NCBI GenBank assembly: GCA_965222225.1 | Contig: CBDCTK010000002.1 | Coordinates: forward strand, 1,280,001 to 1,344,000 | Length of the DNA: 64,000 nt | Reading direction: 5' to 3' | Source: Candidatus Poribacteria bacterium | GTDB lineage: Bacteria > Poribacteria > WGA-4E > JAJDTR01 | Part shown: positions 52,281 to 63,111 of the stretch, in pieces | Layout: each line of letters opens with the position of its first letter | Position numbering within the stretch: the stretch's first letter is position 1 | Notes under the pieces: model-generated | Told to the model about the DNA's origin: nothing | Seen by the model: only the letters and a program-made list of their open reading frames with translations | The model's database searches: none | Translations under genes and position numbers: made by a program

Positions 52281-53324
52281 TAGGAGTTACGCAGTTGAGT
52301 GAAAATAGGTTATAATTTGAGTATGAATCCCCCTAAATATACTGACACTGACTATATTGATTTCTTGGTAGCCGCTCAGAAAAGTTACAGTTGTCTTGAA
52401 TCGGAAAAAGTTCAACCCCAAGCTGATAATCCTCCGGCTCACGATTCGATAACACGGCTCTTGCATCGAGAGGAACCCGATACTGGCAAACTGTGGCAAG
52501 AATCGAGAAATCAGGTGAAATTAGAATCCGGAATTTTAGTTATAGATGACTCGACTCTGGATAAACCTTATTCACAAAAGATTGAACTCGTGACAAAACA
52601 CTGGTCAGGGAAACACCACCGAGTTGTGAATGGGATTAACTTGGTCACTTTGCTCTGGACGGATGGCGATAGACATATTCCGTGTGATTATCGAATCTAT
52701 GATAAAGCCAAAGACGGCTTGACGAAGAATGAGCATTTCCGCGCCATGCTTGAAGAAGCGAAAACACGCGGTTTTGCTCCTGAATGTGTGTGTTTTGATA
52801 GTTGGTATGCCAGTCTAAAGAATCTAAAAGCGGTGCGAGGTCATGGTTGGAAGTGGCTTACTCGTCTAGCTGCCAACCGACTTGTCAGTAAAGATTATTC
52901 CGGTAACCGTCCGGTGAGTACGCTTCCGAGTGAATCAACAGGTACAATTGTCCATCTCAAAGGCTATGGATTGATTCGAGTATTTAAGGTTGACACTCCA
53001 GAAGGTGACATTGAATATTGGGCAACGAATGATTTACAGATGGACGAATTGACGCGTCTCAAATATGCCGAATGGTCTTGGACAATAGAAGAATATCATC
53101 GCGGGATTAAGCAATTTGTTGGCATTGAACGCGCACAAGTGCGCTCTGCTCGCACTCAAAGAAATCATATCGGTTTAGCGCTGAGAGCCTTTCTGAGAAT
53201 TGAGCACTATTGCTATCATACCGGTATCAGTTGGTTTGATGCAAAACTCTCTATTGTCAGAGATGCGGTACGGGCTTATTTGGCACAACCTCTTTATACG
53301 CTTCAGCCAACTGCGTAACTCCTA
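52281..53324 (+). mobile_element. Complete IS701 family element
   Basis: Perfect 17-bp TIRs TAGGAGTTACGCAGTTG / CAACTGCGTAACTCCTA, 5-bp TATAT target duplication. Confidence 0.93.
52323..53318 (+). CDS. IS701 family DDE transposase
   Basis: LVIDDSTLDK, FDSWY, WTIEEYHRGIKQ; stop lies within the right TIR. Confidence 0.92.
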   Translation: MNPPKYTDTDYIDFLVAAQKSYSCLESEKVQPQADNPPAHDSITRLLHREEPDTGKLWQESRNQVKLESGILVIDDSTLDKPYSQKIELVTKHWSGKHHRVVNGINLVTLLWTDGDRHIPCDYRIYDKAKDGLTKNEHFRAMLEEAKTRGFAPECVCFDSWYASLKNLKAVRGHGWKWLTRLAANRLVSKDYSGNRPVSTLPSESTGTIVHLKGYGLIRVFKVDTPEGDIEYWATNDLQMDELTRLKYAEWSWTIEEYHRGIKQFVGIERAQVRSARTQRNHIGLALRAFLRIEHYCYHTGISWFDAKLSIVRDAVRAYLAQPLYTLQPTA

Positions 53325-53348
53325 TATATGTTAACTGTCCATTTTAGC

Positions 53349-53364
53349 GCAAAATAAATGCCAA
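53349..53364 (-). promoter_or_regulatory. Sigma-54 promoter of clpB, displaced by the IS701
   Basis: TTGGCATTTATTTTGC, GG-N10-GC, pointing toward clpB. Confidence 0.65.
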
Positions 53365-53416
53365 CGTTTTCGAGAGGCAAGAGACGTGTTTTCGGCAATC
53401 TACATGCTGGGCGACG

Positions 53417-53468
53417 TGCCAGATTGACAGAAGTTTATCCATCGGATGGAAGGTATGCCGATTTGGCG
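53417..53468. promoter_or_regulatory. Paired palindromic boxes upstream of the clpB promoter
   Basis: TGCCAGATTGACA (53417) and TGCCGATTTGGCG (53456). Confidence 0.55.
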
Positions 53469-53495
53469 TATTTATTGGCGGGTAATTACTATCTT

Positions 53496-55157
53496 TCACT
53501 CCTGAACCACAATCAGTTGGTTCGGTGCCACCCCGGTCAGGTAATCAACGGCTCCGCTTGGCCACGCAACCTCGATTGACTCAATCCGCTTGCCATCCGC
53601 AACTCCGAAGATGGCAGAAAGCTCACTCTGAGAACAGTAGCTACTGCCACTTTTGATGGTCCGTGTCTGCGCGCCGGATGCGACATGAATCGTAATCTTC
53701 GCGCCGATACCATCTCGATTGCTTTTTGTCCCGTTGAGTTTCAGCTTAATCCAATTATTGTTGTTGCCTCCATCATTGCGATAGAGATGTGCCGGTCCAT
53801 TAGAGGTTGCAACGAGGAGGTCCCAGTCGCCATCGTTGTCAATATCTCCGTAGGCTGCCCCCCGTCCAACAATCGGAATTGAAAGATCCTGACCGACGCG
53901 CATTGCATCGTCCGTAAAAGTTCCTTTCCCTAGATTGCGGAATAGATGGGGTGATTGCGCATAAGTAACCTCGCTCTGAACCGAATTAATCTCATTCTCG
54001 ACATGCCCATTAGCGGCAAAAATGTCAAGTCGACCGTCAAGATCGAAATCGAAAAAGAAACAGCCAAACGTGAGTGTTAGTAGGCTCGGGCTCCCAATAT
54101 AGGCAACCGGGGCATCGTCAATGAAGAAGTCCCCTTCGTGGTGGTAGAGGTTTATCATCTCGTTAGAAAAATTGCCGATGACAAGACTTTCTCTACCACT
54201 TCCATCGTAATCCCCTGCGTCAATGCCCATGGCTCCCGTCGCAACGCCGTTTTCGCTGTAGGCGACGCCGGCAATCATCCCCATTTCAATGAAGGTTCCA
54301 TCTCCGTTGTTCCGATAGAGTTTGTTGGGTTGAGTATCGTTCGCCTCGAAAATGTCAGGAAAACCATCGTCGTCGAAATCAAAGATACAGACGCCTAGTG
54401 ATTTGCTCTCCGGGTCCTCAATTCGCGCGATTCGTGACACATCGGCGAACGTACCGTCACCGCGATTCTTAAAGAGGTGGCTGGATTGCCCTTTGTAGGA
54501 CTTTGGTGTACAGTACGACTTGTTCGTGCCATCCAGCGTGCAGAAAATGTCCGTCTCAATTGTCCATTCAACGTAATTGGCGACGTACAAATCTAAATTG
54601 CCATCTCGATCATAATCAAACCAAGCGCAACTCGTCCCAAACCCGGGACTACTGATTCCTGTCCTTAAGGTCACATCGGCGAATGTTCCGTCCCCCTGAT
54701 TCTGGAATAGGCGGTCATCCCCAAGACAACTGATATAAAAATCCGCATCGCCATCGTTGTCATAGTCAGCCACCGCAACACCCATCCCGTATAAAGGCAC
54801 ATCAAGTCCCGCCTTCTTGGTCACATTGACGAATGTACCATTCGCACTGTTTCGGTAAAGGCCCATGGTTTGGAGTTTGCCGGTCGGGTGGCCCTCCCAG
54901 TCTTTACCATTAACCAACAGGAGGTCTTGCCAGTTATCGTTATCGTAGTCTATGAATGCGCACCCTGCTCCCATTGTTTCCGGCAGATATTTCTCGCCGA
55001 ATGCTCCGCTGTTATGAACGAAATCGATACCAGCTTGATTCGTGATGTCAACAAATTGGGGAAGGTGATTTGATGCATCTGAAGACTGGAAAACGAGGAG
55101 AAGTATAAAGTTGAAAATGTAAACAAATATCCGGTATATCTTAATTTTGACTCTCAT
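53496..55157 (-). CDS. CRTAC1 family protein (FG-GAP repeats plus ASPIC/UnbV)
   Basis: Repeated DYDNDG/DFDDDG motifs; C-terminal SNRDGIGA, GSSYCSQ, WPSG. Confidence 0.9.
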   Translation of the reverse strand: MRVKIKIYRIFVYIFNFILLLVFQSSDASNHLPQFVDITNQAGIDFVHNSGAFGEKYLPETMGAGCAFIDYDNDNWQDLLLVNGKDWEGHPTGKLQTMGLYRNSANGTFVNVTKKAGLDVPLYGMGVAVADYDNDGDADFYISCLGDDRLFQNQGDGTFADVTLRTGISSPGFGTSCAWFDYDRDGNLDLYVANYVEWTIETDIFCTLDGTNKSYCTPKSYKGQSSHLFKNRGDGTFADVSRIARIEDPESKSLGVCIFDFDDDGFPDIFEANDTQPNKLYRNNGDGTFIEMGMIAGVAYSENGVATGAMGIDAGDYDGSGRESLVIGNFSNEMINLYHHEGDFFIDDAPVAYIGSPSLLTLTFGCFFFDFDLDGRLDIFAANGHVENEINSVQSEVTYAQSPHLFRNLGKGTFTDDAMRVGQDLSIPIVGRGAAYGDIDNDGDWDLLVATSNGPAHLYRNDGGNNNNWIKLKLNGTKSNRDGIGAKITIHVASGAQTRTIKSGSSYCSQSELSAIFGVADGKRIESIEVAWPSGAVDYLTGVAPNQLIVVQE

Positions 55158-55539
55158 TCTTACCTTTAATGCGTGTTATCAAACGTTTTCTGAGTTGTGA
55201 TTTCACTTGTTCACGCACCAGTCTCCGCGTCCACGGCAGGACCAGAACGAATCCAACAATATCGGTTAACACCCCAGGCGTGATGAGAAGCGCACCTCCG
55301 ACGAAGAGCAAAAGACCTTCAATCAGATGATTATGTGGCAACTCCCCATTATACAAAGACCTCGTGAGATTCCTATACACCTGTAATCCTTGGGCCTTCG
55401 CAAGAGAGGCGCCGATCAAGCCAGTCAGGACAACGATTCCTATGGTATGCCACGTACCAAAACGTCTGCCTAACTCAATCAAGATCGCCATTTCAACCAA
55501 GGGCGTGACGATGAAGAGTAGGAGGAGCTTGAGAAACAT
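55141..55539 (-). CDS. fxsA: FxsA membrane protein
   Basis: FIVTPLVE, GASLAKAQG, GGALLITPGVLTDIVG..L.LP.TR. Confidence 0.9.
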   Translation of the reverse strand: MFLKLLLLFIVTPLVEMAILIELGRRFGTWHTIGIVVLTGLIGASLAKAQGLQVYRNLTRSLYNGELPHNHLIEGLLLFVGGALLITPGVLTDIVGFVLVLPWTRRLVREQVKSQLRKRLITRIKGKNESQN

Positions 55540-56426
55540 TAATAGCTTCGATCTAAAAATTTCCTTAGAACAGGATAAGTAGCGCTAGGGCGTTCAACAA
55601 AAGGTACATGCAGGGATCCCGGAACTTCATGGAATACACTCCCGAGTGCCTCTGCGAGTTGTAGCGCGGCATGACGGGAACAAAAGGGATCATGTTGACC
55701 GCGCATGATGAAAGTAGCCGTTTCGGGACACCGGAACCCAATATCCAAAGATGCCAATCCCTGCGAGGCCTTCTCTTGCAGGATGTGGAGGTCGCCATAA
55801 AGATTGTAGTTACATGTCTGCTTCAGAAGGATAGCAGACGTAAACGCATCCGCGTAGACATCCGGCAAGATTCTTCGGCCATCCTTTGGAAACTCGGGCG
55901 CACCATGAGCGCCTAGGGTAACTCGCTCGGCAGTAAGTTTTCTAACTCCCGCTCGAAACGTTTGAAAAACTCTCAAGCATGTGGCGACAAGGCGCGTCCG
56001 GTTCGCTAGAGGCCTTAAGTAGTATACTCCCTTTATAGGCGGACCACACGCTATAATTCGTTTCGCGGCAAGACGCGGCGCTTTGAGGAGCAACAGCGAC
56101 AAAATTCCTCCCATTGAGTGACCTATGACGCCGTGCAGCACCTTTCCTTCAGAAATTTGCTCTGATAGACCTGCGACAACTTTTGAGTACATCTTTAGCG
56201 TCGCGTGACACCGTGGAATCAGTGGGGTGTGACCGCAACCGGGCAAATCCAACGCCCACACTTCATACTGAGATGCCAAGTACGGGGCGAGACGATGCCA
56301 TCTCCGGCTTGAATCCATCCAGCCATGGACGAGAAGCACTTTTCTTCGACCACTGCCCCATCTTCTTACAAAAACAGGAATCTTGCCAATTGATGGAACT
56401 TCAACCTCAATATGGAACGTCTCCAT
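55539..56426 (-). CDS. Alpha/beta hydrolase
   Basis: LVHGW, DLPGCG, GHSMGG, GQHD, SLHVPFVE. Confidence 0.85.
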   Translation of the reverse strand: METFHIEVEVPSIGKIPVFVRRWGSGRRKVLLVHGWMDSSRRWHRLAPYLASQYEVWALDLPGCGHTPLIPRCHATLKMYSKVVAGLSEQISEGKVLHGVIGHSMGGILSLLLLKAPRLAAKRIIACGPPIKGVYYLRPLANRTRLVATCLRVFQTFRAGVRKLTAERVTLGAHGAPEFPKDGRRILPDVYADAFTSAILLKQTCNYNLYGDLHILQEKASQGLASLDIGFRCPETATFIMRGQHDPFCSRHAALQLAEALGSVFHEVPGSLHVPFVERPSATYPVLRKFLDRSY

Positions 56427-56801
56427 GAAACCTGTCCCTCCGCCTTCCACGCCTGCATTCTCTCTAGCCACAAAGGAAAAAAACTGTTATACTGTAGGTC
56501 GCTTGTCATCTTTTTGACGCGCCCGGATGTTTCGCGGAGTTCAAATATGTGTGTTTGCTTGAAAAGAATTTTCCGCCAAAATAATATGGTGTGGCTGTGT
56601 TCTTACGGGCGTGGGATGCCGTTGCTTGCGTCCTACGCGGGAAAATTATAACACTAGATTCGGTACATGCTCAAGTCGATTGTCATACCTGCGGTCTCGT
56701 CGAAGAGTGATTGTTTCGATGGGTAAACCAAAACTTAACCTCACCGTCAAATAATGCTGAGACTTAATCGGCACGATGACCCATCACGCTAGAGGAATCC
56801 G

Positions 56802-58100
56802 ATGAGGCCAGTAGAAGGAATATCAGTTGGATTCGCCGCAATCCGCATAAACAAGATGCGCTCGCTGCTGACCATGTTCGGCATTATTATCGGCGTGGCG
56901 TCTGTTCTCGCGATGATAGCAATTGGCGATGGTGCCAAACTCGTTGTCCTGCAGGACGCCGAAAAGTTAGGTGGTCTCAATCAATTCACGTTGTATCGCA
57001 GCTCCCACATGAGAAAAGGTGCACGTTGGGTACCGAACCGAAGCAGTGAATACTTTGAATATGACGACGTACTAGCCATTGAAGCCGAATGTCCCTCTGT
57101 TAAATTAGTTGTACCCAGAATACCCCAGTGGGGCGGTGTGCTAGTTCAAGCCGCTAATGGTGCAGAAACACGAGCCGGATACAACGGTGTTAATGATTCA
57201 TTCCCTGCTTCAATGAAATGGGATGTCCAACGGGGTCGTTTCATTTCGACTGAAGATATCAATGACCGCACCAAGGTATGTGTTCTCGGATCGGAAGTCG
57301 CTGCCGAATTGTTTGGCAACCGTAGTCCTATTGGTGAGGAAATCAAGATTGGGCGTAGCAGTGGCTATCGCCGCGGGGGCAGACAAAAGCAGGACAGGAG
57401 TACCGAGCGCTTCACTGTTGTCGGTACGATGATGTCGCGTGGCAGGAGTCTGCGCTTCGGTTGGAACCTTGACAACATTATCTTCTTGCCCCTCACCACC
57501 GTCCAACAACGGTTCACGGGAAACGACCGAGTTGTGATGCTTTCTGTTCACGCAAAAAGCGCAGACCTACTTGACAAAGCAACTGAAGAGGTGAAATCTG
57601 TTATTAGGAAAAGACACCGCAATCAAGACAATTTTTTCAATGTCTGGGTCTTGAAGGAAGGAATGGAACAACTCGAAAAGATTAGCAAGGTGATTAAAAT
57701 CACGCTCGGCATTATCGCCGGATTTGCCTTACTGGTTGGAGGAATCGGCATCATGAACATGATGTTGGTGTCAGTCACTGAGCGCACCCGAGAAATTGGT
57801 CTTCGAAAAGCGATTGGCGCCAAGCGGCTAGACATCCTCTTTCAGTTCTTGGTCGAAGCTATCATAATGTGTAGCGCAGGTGGTCTAATCGGCCTCGGCT
57901 TAGGTGTTCTCGCCGGCAAAGGAATGGCATACATCGCTGTTAGCATCGTTAAGATTGTTCCGGAATGGCCCGCCGTAATTTCAACGGAGTGGATGATTAT
58001 TTCGGTGGCGGTTTCAGCGGCAATTGGTATCTTCTTTGGGCTGTATCCTGCGATTCGAGCGTCGGAACTATCGCCAGTGGAAGCCTTGAGAACGGAATAG
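56802..58100 (+). CDS. MacB/FtsX family ABC transporter permease
   Basis: RSLLTMFGIIIGVASV, GGIGIMNMMLVSVTERTREIGLRKAIGA. Confidence 0.93.
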   Translation: MRPVEGISVGFAAIRINKMRSLLTMFGIIIGVASVLAMIAIGDGAKLVVLQDAEKLGGLNQFTLYRSSHMRKGARWVPNRSSEYFEYDDVLAIEAECPSVKLVVPRIPQWGGVLVQAANGAETRAGYNGVNDSFPASMKWDVQRGRFISTEDINDRTKVCVLGSEVAAELFGNRSPIGEEIKIGRSSGYRRGGRQKQDRSTERFTVVGTMMSRGRSLRFGWNLDNIIFLPLTTVQQRFTGNDRVVMLSVHAKSADLLDKATEEVKSVIRKRHRNQDNFFNVWVLKEGMEQLEKISKVIKITLGIIAGFALLVGGIGIMNMMLVSVTERTREIGLRKAIGAKRLDILFQFLVEAIIMCSAGGLIGLGLGVLAGKGMAYIAVSIVKIVPEWPAVISTEWMIISVAVSAAIGIFFGLYPAIRASELSPVEALRTE

Positions 58101-58337
58101 TGGAGTCGCATTCAACTCAGGGATTTTCGCGAACTGAATTCACCCGTAATTGTCCATTGCAGATCGAATGAATCTCCACCGAGAAAGGATTGTTCAACGT
58201 TAAGTCATTACTTCTTTCAATCTTCCGCTTTCCTGACTCTAGTGCTTCAGAATATAAGCCTTGATCTTGATATCGAACCTTGCATAACCGATTCAGGCTA
58301 CAAACCTATAAACATGGGATAATCAACGGCAATCAGC

Positions 58338-59642
58338 ATGAACATCATTGAGTGTATTTTCGTAGGGATTTCTAGCCTTCGCCGCCATACATTGCGCACA
58401 TCATTGACCATTTTGGGCGTTGTAGTTGGTGTGGGCGCCGTGGTGAGCATGGTGTCGGTTGGCGACGGTTCCCGCGCTATGGTTCTGAGAGAGATTGAGC
58501 GTACAGGTGGCATCAACATGATCGAAATATACCGAGACGATTGGGATAAACAATCGGGCACATTGACGCGCGCAGCTGGTCGAACGGTCCGAAACAGACG
58601 CTGGAGGCGCAACCGCGCAGAACACTTGGAAACTTCCGATGCATACGCTATTCTTGAACAGGCGAAAGGGGTTACACACGTTATTGCTGAAGATGACATG
58701 GGTGGTTGGAACATCAACTATCAAGGCATTAGCAAGGACTCACGCATTGTCGCGTCAACGGCGGGTTACGATCGCTCGCACAATTGGTACCCACAGATGG
58801 GTCGGTTCTTTACGGAAGAAGAGGTCGAAGCCGCCAGTAATGTCACTGTCATCGGATCTAAAATCTACGAAGACGTCTTCAAGAACGGGGATGCAATCGG
58901 CGAAGAAATTAAAGCAACACGCGCCAGTTCGCGGGGGCGTCGTTATGACGTGCGCCTTACCGTAATTGGGGTCATGGAAGAAAAAGGTGACGCCATGGAC
59001 ACCCAAGGGTGGGACAATCGCTTCATCATCCCTATAACAACACTCCAACAAAGATTTAAAGGCAGAAAGGACATTGAACGCATTCGTGTTGAAGCCGACA
59101 ATCTGGACGACGTTGAATCTGTGCGAGAGAAATCGAAACGCATATTGGGACGAATACACAACAACTCCGGCGACGAGTATCAATATTGGACAGCGACTGA
59201 GGAACTCGCGACCGCTGAAAAAATTGGACAAACAATGAAAGCACTAATGGGAGGCATCGCCGGAATCGCTCTTTTCGTAGCGGGGATCGGCGTGATGAAT
59301 ATCATGTTGGTCTCCGTCACCGAACGAACGAAGGAAATCGGTTTGCGCAAGGCTCTTGGCGCTAAGCGGCGTGATATTTTGTTGCAGTTTCTCATAGAAG
59401 CTGGTACGCTTACACTGTTCGGCGGAATTCTTGGCGCCATACTTGGCGTATTCATGGGGCAAGGTACTGCGGCGCTCATTGAGAAATACGTGTGGCCCGG
59501 AAGTAATTGGCCCTCGATCATCTCTTTAAGCACAATCATTCTCGCAATGACGGTCTCTATAAGCGTAGGAATTTTCTTCGGATTGTATCCCGCCAATAGG
59601 GCCGCCAAGTTGACCCCGGTCGAAGCGCTAAGATCAGAATAA
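58338..59642 (+). CDS. MacB/FtsX family ABC transporter permease
   Basis: RTSLTILGVVVGV, GIGVMNIMLVSVTERTKEIGLRKALGA. Confidence 0.93.
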   Translation: MNIIECIFVGISSLRRHTLRTSLTILGVVVGVGAVVSMVSVGDGSRAMVLREIERTGGINMIEIYRDDWDKQSGTLTRAAGRTVRNRRWRRNRAEHLETSDAYAILEQAKGVTHVIAEDDMGGWNINYQGISKDSRIVASTAGYDRSHNWYPQMGRFFTEEEVEAASNVTVIGSKIYEDVFKNGDAIGEEIKATRASSRGRRYDVRLTVIGVMEEKGDAMDTQGWDNRFIIPITTLQQRFKGRKDIERIRVEADNLDDVESVREKSKRILGRIHNNSGDEYQYWTATEELATAEKIGQTMKALMGGIAGIALFVAGIGVMNIMLVSVTERTKEIGLRKALGAKRRDILLQFLIEAGTLTLFGGILGAILGVFMGQGTAALIEKYVWPGSNWPSIISLSTIILAMTVSISVGIFFGLYPANRAAKLTPVEALRSE

Positions 59643-59699
59643 CATTCGATAGTCAATTGGCAGTCGCCGATTGCCACTTAATGAAGGAACTCCTACAAC

Positions 59700-61646
59700 G
59701 TGAACAAGAAGATTGTTGCAATTGTAGTAATTGTATTTGTCGCAGCTATCGTCGGCATTCTCAGACTGAGGGGAGTGAACATCCAGTTTGGGGTTAACAT
59801 AGTTCCTAAAGCGACCTCTGATTTCACTAGCAAGCCCGCCGAAAAAAAAGTCGAAGTCGTCAAACGCGGCGATTTCCAAATGCGTATCAGCGCAACCGGT
59901 AACCTTGAACCTCTCATTGATGTTGAAGTCAAGTCGAATGTTGAAGGCGAGGTTGTACGGTTGTATGTCAGCGAAGGGCAACATGTAGAGAAAGATCAGG
60001 TGTTACTAGAGATTGATCCCGAACAGATCCAAGAAGATGAGAAGCAGGCTGAGGCTAACGTCAACGCGGCGAAAGCACAACTCGAACAAGCAAGACTCAG
60101 CATAGGTCTGAAAGTTAAGGAACTAGACAGTACATTGAGGCAGGCGACGGACAACGTTGAAATTGCTAAAGCGAATTTGACGACCACGCTGGCAACCACT
60201 GGCTCGCAACTCACGCAAGCTGATACACAAATTCAAACGACGAAGAACGATTTAGCGCAAGATAACATTGCTTTGGAACAGGCGAAGATTGCCCTTACAC
60301 AAGCGGATTTGAGGCTTGCTGAACTTGAGGTCGAGCGTGACTCCGCGAAGGTTGCATTGGATACCGCGCAGGCAGAATTGAATCGGAGTCAGGAATTGTT
60401 CGATAAGAAACTCATTGCGAAGAAATCACTGGAAGAGGCAGAAACAAGACATGCGACATCGCTATCCCAAAATAATAGCGCCGTGAAGCGCTTTGAATCT
60501 CAACAGCAAGCTGTCAATTCTCAAACGAAAACCATTGACGCGAGACAAAGTGCCATTGAATCCCGCAAAGGCACGCTGAAGTATCAGGAACTAAATCGTG
60601 GCAAATTGGGCGAAATGCGGGAAGCAGAAGAAAAAGGGACTCAACTTCAGTTGCAAATTGCTGAAACGCGTCTTACAGAGATTCAGGAGTCAATTGAGGC
60701 CAAGGAGGAGGTTACAAAACAGACGAAAGTCGGGGCAGAAGCCAACCTTCTTCGGAACAAAAGCAGCTTGAAAAACCAACAGGAGCGTTTAGGGTGGACA
60801 ACAATAAAAGCCCCGATGGCAGGCGCCGTTACCTTGTTGGAAATAGAAGAAGGTGAAATTGTCACTTCGGGCCGGTCTTCCTTCTCCCAAAGCCCACCGC
60901 TCATGACAATTGCAGACCTGTCAAAGATGGTCGTCAAAACCTACATCAACGAAGTTGATATGGAACGGCTTCGCCTGGACCAAGAAGCTGAAATCAAAGT
61001 TGACGCATACGCAAAGAAGAAATACAAGGGGCGTGTTGCAGAAATCTCGCCGAGTGGAGAAGAGCGTGATAATATCATAACGTTTGAGGTGATGGTCGAA
61101 GTCGTGGGGTCGCCGCAAGAGTTGATGCCAGGTATGAGTGCTGATGTTGATATCATCACTTACAAGGAAAAGAATGTCCTACTACTGCCGATCGATGCCA
61201 TCGAGGACAAAACCTCCGTCACTGTCACTGCGGAAGTTAACGACGCATCGCCCTTCAAAGAGAAACAGCCAATCGAAATCATGACGCCAACCGAAAAAAC
61301 CTTCAATGGACACGTGAAGTCGATTAGTGGTTCGGAGTTAATCATCAGCCTTGATAATTCCCAGCGAGGGTTGCGGCCCGGCAAAATGACCCTCGCACTT
61401 CTGGCTAAAGGAAAACAGATAGCGGACGGTGTTCCCGGCACGATTGACATAGTCAAGGAAAAACTTGTGATTCTGGATGAGGGAGAAACGGAAGGAAAGC
61501 GCAAGGGACCGCCAAAAGGTAGAAAAACCCCAATTGAAACTGGTATGCAAAACGAAACGGAAGTGATTATCAAGAGCGGTCTGTTTGAAGGCGACCGCGT
61601 GATTCTGCCACCTCGAAATAAACCGCCGGCAGGCGCGTGGCGATGA
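59700..61646 (+). CDS. Efflux periplasmic adaptor (MacA/HlyD family) with extended coiled coil
   Basis: VEVKSNVEGEV..VSEGQ.V and IKAPMAG lipoyl halves, IADLSKM, GMSADVDI. Confidence 0.88.
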   Translation: MNKKIVAIVVIVFVAAIVGILRLRGVNIQFGVNIVPKATSDFTSKPAEKKVEVVKRGDFQMRISATGNLEPLIDVEVKSNVEGEVVRLYVSEGQHVEKDQVLLEIDPEQIQEDEKQAEANVNAAKAQLEQARLSIGLKVKELDSTLRQATDNVEIAKANLTTTLATTGSQLTQADTQIQTTKNDLAQDNIALEQAKIALTQADLRLAELEVERDSAKVALDTAQAELNRSQELFDKKLIAKKSLEEAETRHATSLSQNNSAVKRFESQQQAVNSQTKTIDARQSAIESRKGTLKYQELNRGKLGEMREAEEKGTQLQLQIAETRLTEIQESIEAKEEVTKQTKVGAEANLLRNKSSLKNQQERLGWTTIKAPMAGAVTLLEIEEGEIVTSGRSSFSQSPPLMTIADLSKMVVKTYINEVDMERLRLDQEAEIKVDAYAKKKYKGRVAEISPSGEERDNIITFEVMVEVVGSPQELMPGMSADVDIITYKEKNVLLLPIDAIEDKTSVTVTAEVNDASPFKEKQPIEIMTPTEKTFNGHVKSISGSELIISLDNSQRGLRPGKMTLALLAKGKQIADGVPGTIDIVKEKLVILDEGETEGKRKGPPKGRKTPIETGMQNETEVIIKSGLFEGDRVILPPRNKPPAGAWR

Positions 61647-61672
61647 GGTTAACTTTTTCGTTCGTTCCAACA

Positions 61673-61704
61673 AGAAGCGTCTCATCCCATTGAGACGCTT
61701 TTTC
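61673..61704 (+). terminator. Intrinsic terminator
   Basis: AAGCGTCTCA-TCCCAT-TGAGACGCTTTTT. Confidence 0.8.
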
Positions 61705-62234
61705 TATTTCTGAAACGAATAAGACTTATCCAAAACCCTCTGTAGTTCTGTGGTGCAGACATTGGGCATCCAACACAGACATTTATTGCCATCCACCACT
61801 GCCCACCATCTCCAAATCCGCTGAATACACCGGATGTCGCAAGCTAACCTCCATTCCAATCCGGAGGCAGAAGGGATCGTAGTAGGATCAACTGAAATCA
61901 AACGCACAGCTAGTGAGTGCGATAGCAATCCCTGATAGCGAAGGAGCAACTGACCTATAGGAAAGGCGCTAGAGCTCTCATAGTAAATCACGCACGATAC
62001 TCGTGACGAATCCGAGTGTTTCCTGTAAACTCGGTTTCTTCAGCTCTCTGTAAAGGTAAAGCGGGATCCGCGATCATCAAATCGCAGATTCTCCCTCTTA
62101 TTGCCCACCATTTCCAAACGCGTTGCCTGCACTGCACACCCAACTCAAATCCCCATTTTCATCGTTGCATTCCATTCCATCCTGATATATCATAGCCCCA
62201 ATTCTCGCCACAATCACGAATCAAGGAGTCACGT

Positions 62235-63032
62235 GTGAAGATTACGATTCTCGGATCCGGAACCTCTACGGGCGTACCCGAATACAAATGCGAATGTGAC
62301 ACTTGTGCAGACGCTCGACGCATCGGCTCAAAGAATTACCGCACCCGGCCATCGATTCATATCGAAAAAGATGGCAAGCATTTACAATTCGACCTGGGAC
62401 CTAACTTTATGGACCAGATTGACCGCAACAAAGTCGATTGGATTGATGCGGTCGTGTTTACGCACTGCCATGCAGATCATGTCAGTGGAACAAATGACAT
62501 CGTAATGCCGTGCCGTAAGCAACAAATGGACATGCCAATCTATGGTCCCGAGGAAACAATACGAATTTTGCAGCGCAATTTTGATTATATGTTCAGTAAA
62601 GAGTCTTACCAAGGTGGCGGTATCGCTCACCTCATTCCACACATCGTTGACAGGAAATTCCAGATTGATGGGTGTGAACTGTTACCTATTCCCGTCGAAC
62701 ACGCTGCCGTGCAAACCTACGGCTACCGAATCGACAACTTCGGTTACATTCCCGATGTCAAACAACTGCCAGACTCCTCAAAGAATCTGCTGCGTGGAAT
62801 TGATGTGCTGATTATCGACGCACTGAGTTTCAATTCGCGGCATCCAACCCATTTCTCCGTCCACGAGGCAATCGCTGTAAGTAACGACTTGCAGCCGAAA
62901 GCAACCTATTTTACCCACATCATGCACCGCCTCGATCACCGCTATTTCCCCGTACAGTGCGAGGACCAAAACATCGATCTCCCCGAGAATGTCCATCTCG
63001 CCTTTGACGGACAAGTGATTGAAATTTCTTAG
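62235..63032 (+). CDS. MBL-fold metallo-hydrolase (PhnP-like)
   Basis: LGSGTSTGVP, C.C..C, THCHADH, HPTH, FTHIMH, AFDG. Confidence 0.92.
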   Translation: MKITILGSGTSTGVPEYKCECDTCADARRIGSKNYRTRPSIHIEKDGKHLQFDLGPNFMDQIDRNKVDWIDAVVFTHCHADHVSGTNDIVMPCRKQQMDMPIYGPEETIRILQRNFDYMFSKESYQGGGIAHLIPHIVDRKFQIDGCELLPIPVEHAAVQTYGYRIDNFGYIPDVKQLPDSSKNLLRGIDVLIIDALSFNSRHPTHFSVHEAIAVSNDLQPKATYFTHIMHRLDHRYFPVQCEDQNIDLPENVHLAFDGQVIEIS

Positions 63033-63111
63033 CACAGGGCCTCGGGCAGATGGAGATTGCGCTAGCGTTCATGAGTTATCCCATCTGAACCCTCGCCATA
63101 GCAAAAGACTT

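Noticed and set aside
61704-61991. 95-aa minus-strand ORF and IS-end-like GAGGGTTTTGGATAAGTC
   Set aside because: No recognisable motifs, partner end or transposase.
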